A stretch of DNA of 64,000 nt from Hormiphora californensis. Lineage: Eukaryota; Animalia; Ctenophora. How positions within the stretch are numbered: position 1 is the first letter of the stretch; every line of letters begins with the position of its first letter. Below, piece after piece: positions 62,327-64,000 of the stretch. The position numbers and the translations under genes are program-made. The notes beneath the pieces were generated by a model. It saw only the letters and a program-made list of their open reading frames with translations, ran no database searches and was not told the DNA's origin. The stretch covers positions 5,394,001-5,458,000 of the forward strand of contig CM035361.1 in assembly GCA_020137815.1 (NCBI GenBank). Direction: 5' to 3'.

Positions 62327-63197
62327 ATGGTGAGTTTACAGCCGAGTATTTTACTAGGCAGCAAAATCGTCGATTTTTGGGACAAAGTTGGCAGCATATA
62401 ATTTGACTTTTGAAAATCGTATTTATCTAAAATTTTGAAAATCCGGGCACCGGGTACAGCCCTCTAACACTGTCCCCCCCCCCTTTACCAACCCTCTAAC
62501 ACTGTTCCTCCTCTAACACTGTCCCTTTTTACCAACCCTCTAACACTGTTCCCCCTTTACCAACCCTCTAACACCCCTTCCCTCTCAGGAAGGAGATCTT
62601 GAAGAGGAACAGTCAGGCCCAGCTGCAGTCAAGAGATCCCCACTGGAAGCTATGACCCAGACTGATAAGGAGCTAGATCGGCAGATCGCATCTCGACCTG
62701 AAGCTGATGATGTGGAGGATTACTGTGATAAGGTTTGTGTCCAGCTCTAACCCCATTTAGGTTGCTTTTTCAATCCCCTAACTGCTAATTTACACTCCCG
62801 TGTATGGTAAGCTGGGGCAAAAGTGGCCCATTTTTAATTTATACAGCAGGAGAAAAAAAATGTATAGGCTACCCAATGAAACGTTTTCCTTTCAGCCGGG
62901 CTAAATTTTAAAACCTGCAAGTTTTATTTAATGGGTTAGTTAATCAATTCAAATAATTTGGTGATGCTATATTTTATCCCACCCCAACACCCCTAACTCA
63001 CCCCCTAATCAACCCCTAACACCCCATCTCCTCCTCTCCAGGACCACTCAGAGCCGGAATCCGAGTTGAATGTAACAAACTGCACCACATGTTATTATGA
63101 CGGCAACTGTGGGTGCTGTTGTGATGTCTGCTGTGATGTCAGGACATTGAAGAAAAAAATTCCTTACTCCCCTAACACTGCATACATCATCTACTGA
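62327..63197 (+). other. Candidate spliced acidic/Cys-rich ORF (about 100 aa) or decayed gene
   Basis: ATG|gtgagt (62327-62329), exon 62589-62732 EGDLEEEQSG...DDVEDYCDK, and exon 63042-63197 DHSEPESELNVTNCTTCYYDGNCGCCCDVCCDVRTLKKKIPYSPNTAYIIY*. Splice sites are canonical and in phase 0. Confidence 0.4.
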
Positions 63198-64000
63198 CTG
63201 CAGTATTGATCCAGCTCCATTTTAGCTGGTTACATGGAATGGGAATAGAATTATAAATGCAGTGAATGGACTCATAAACAATACCGAACATTAGAAGGAT
63301 CCCGTGGTAAAAATAGGACACTGGACACTCTTTGTTGGACACACATTTTTTGGATCGAATAATTTTTGAGAATAGTATGAGCAGCATAACTGACCGTCCC
63401 ATGAGGTGTTTTAGGATGTTCTCAATTCTTACTCTGTGATATTAAAAACACAAATCTTAGGTATCCATTTCTATATATTACAGCGGATGGAAATTGGAAA
63501 ATTAGTTTTGAATATATAGAAATCATAAATATATTCCCCCCCCCCCAAAAAGTGTGCTTTTTGCTAATATACAGTCGGTTCCCGATTTACCGCGATGCTC
63601 GGGGGAAAGATATTGCCTGATAATTCGGGGTGCCCGGGTCAAATAATGTTAATTTCTTATCCCGGCTCGGGTATATCAACGACCGGTAAATTGGGGTCCG
63701 ACTGTAACTTAATAAATAGTTCTTTGTCCATCACAATCTTTTAACACTTATTTCCAGGTACTGATCATTGAGTTTCGAACAATGCCGTGTAAACTGTCCT
63801 CTATCAATAATTATGAAGCTCCCATCATCCGGTGTAGGCTTTTTCCTGACAGAGGTATGGTATAATGCTAATTAATAATCAGGTCATTATCAGGTCATCA
63901 CAACACTTTAGGGTGTGGCAAACATATGTTTGCCACAACCTAAAGTGTTTCAATTTGTATTCTGCTCCCTCTACACCCGGTCGAGCACTTTCGTGGCCGT

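Overview
Eukaryotic (animal) genomic DNA, rich in (GA/CT)n microsatellites and short TIR-bounded MITEs. The repeat families and the intron-rich Shaker gene suggest a ctenophore, possibly Pleurobrachia; this is inference from recollection and was not checked. Several stretches (about 1.7-2.9, 5.9-6.7 and 18-37 kb) look like unpolished long-read consensus. Manual splicing gives these genes, most of them missed or fragmented by the ORF track: (1) a 4-exon, 89-aa secreted peptide precursor (8531-9877 +) with signal peptide, basic peptide ending ...SRPKRFFA-G and an acidic tail; (2) a 9-exon, 352-aa orphan disordered protein with two RVxF-type motifs (10753-14797 -); (3) an error-ridden synaptotagmin-like gene (about 19149-24544 +); (4) a 7-exon, 501-aa Kv1/Shaker channel (40850-44348 +); (5) an intronless 871-aa multi-zinc-finger protein with a catalytically degenerate RNase H-like domain (49897-52512 +); (6) 15 exons of a white-like ABCG half-transporter (52926-57682 -, 5' exon not found). 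Three more signal-peptide-like micro-genes with frame errors (about 2.7-3.1, 7.4-7.9 and 16.7-17.1 kb) raise the possibility of a secreted-peptide gene cluster. LINE remnants, hAT-, pogo- and MULE-like MITEs, a 3.9-kb TIR-bounded element and an E-box/CArG tandem array are also present.
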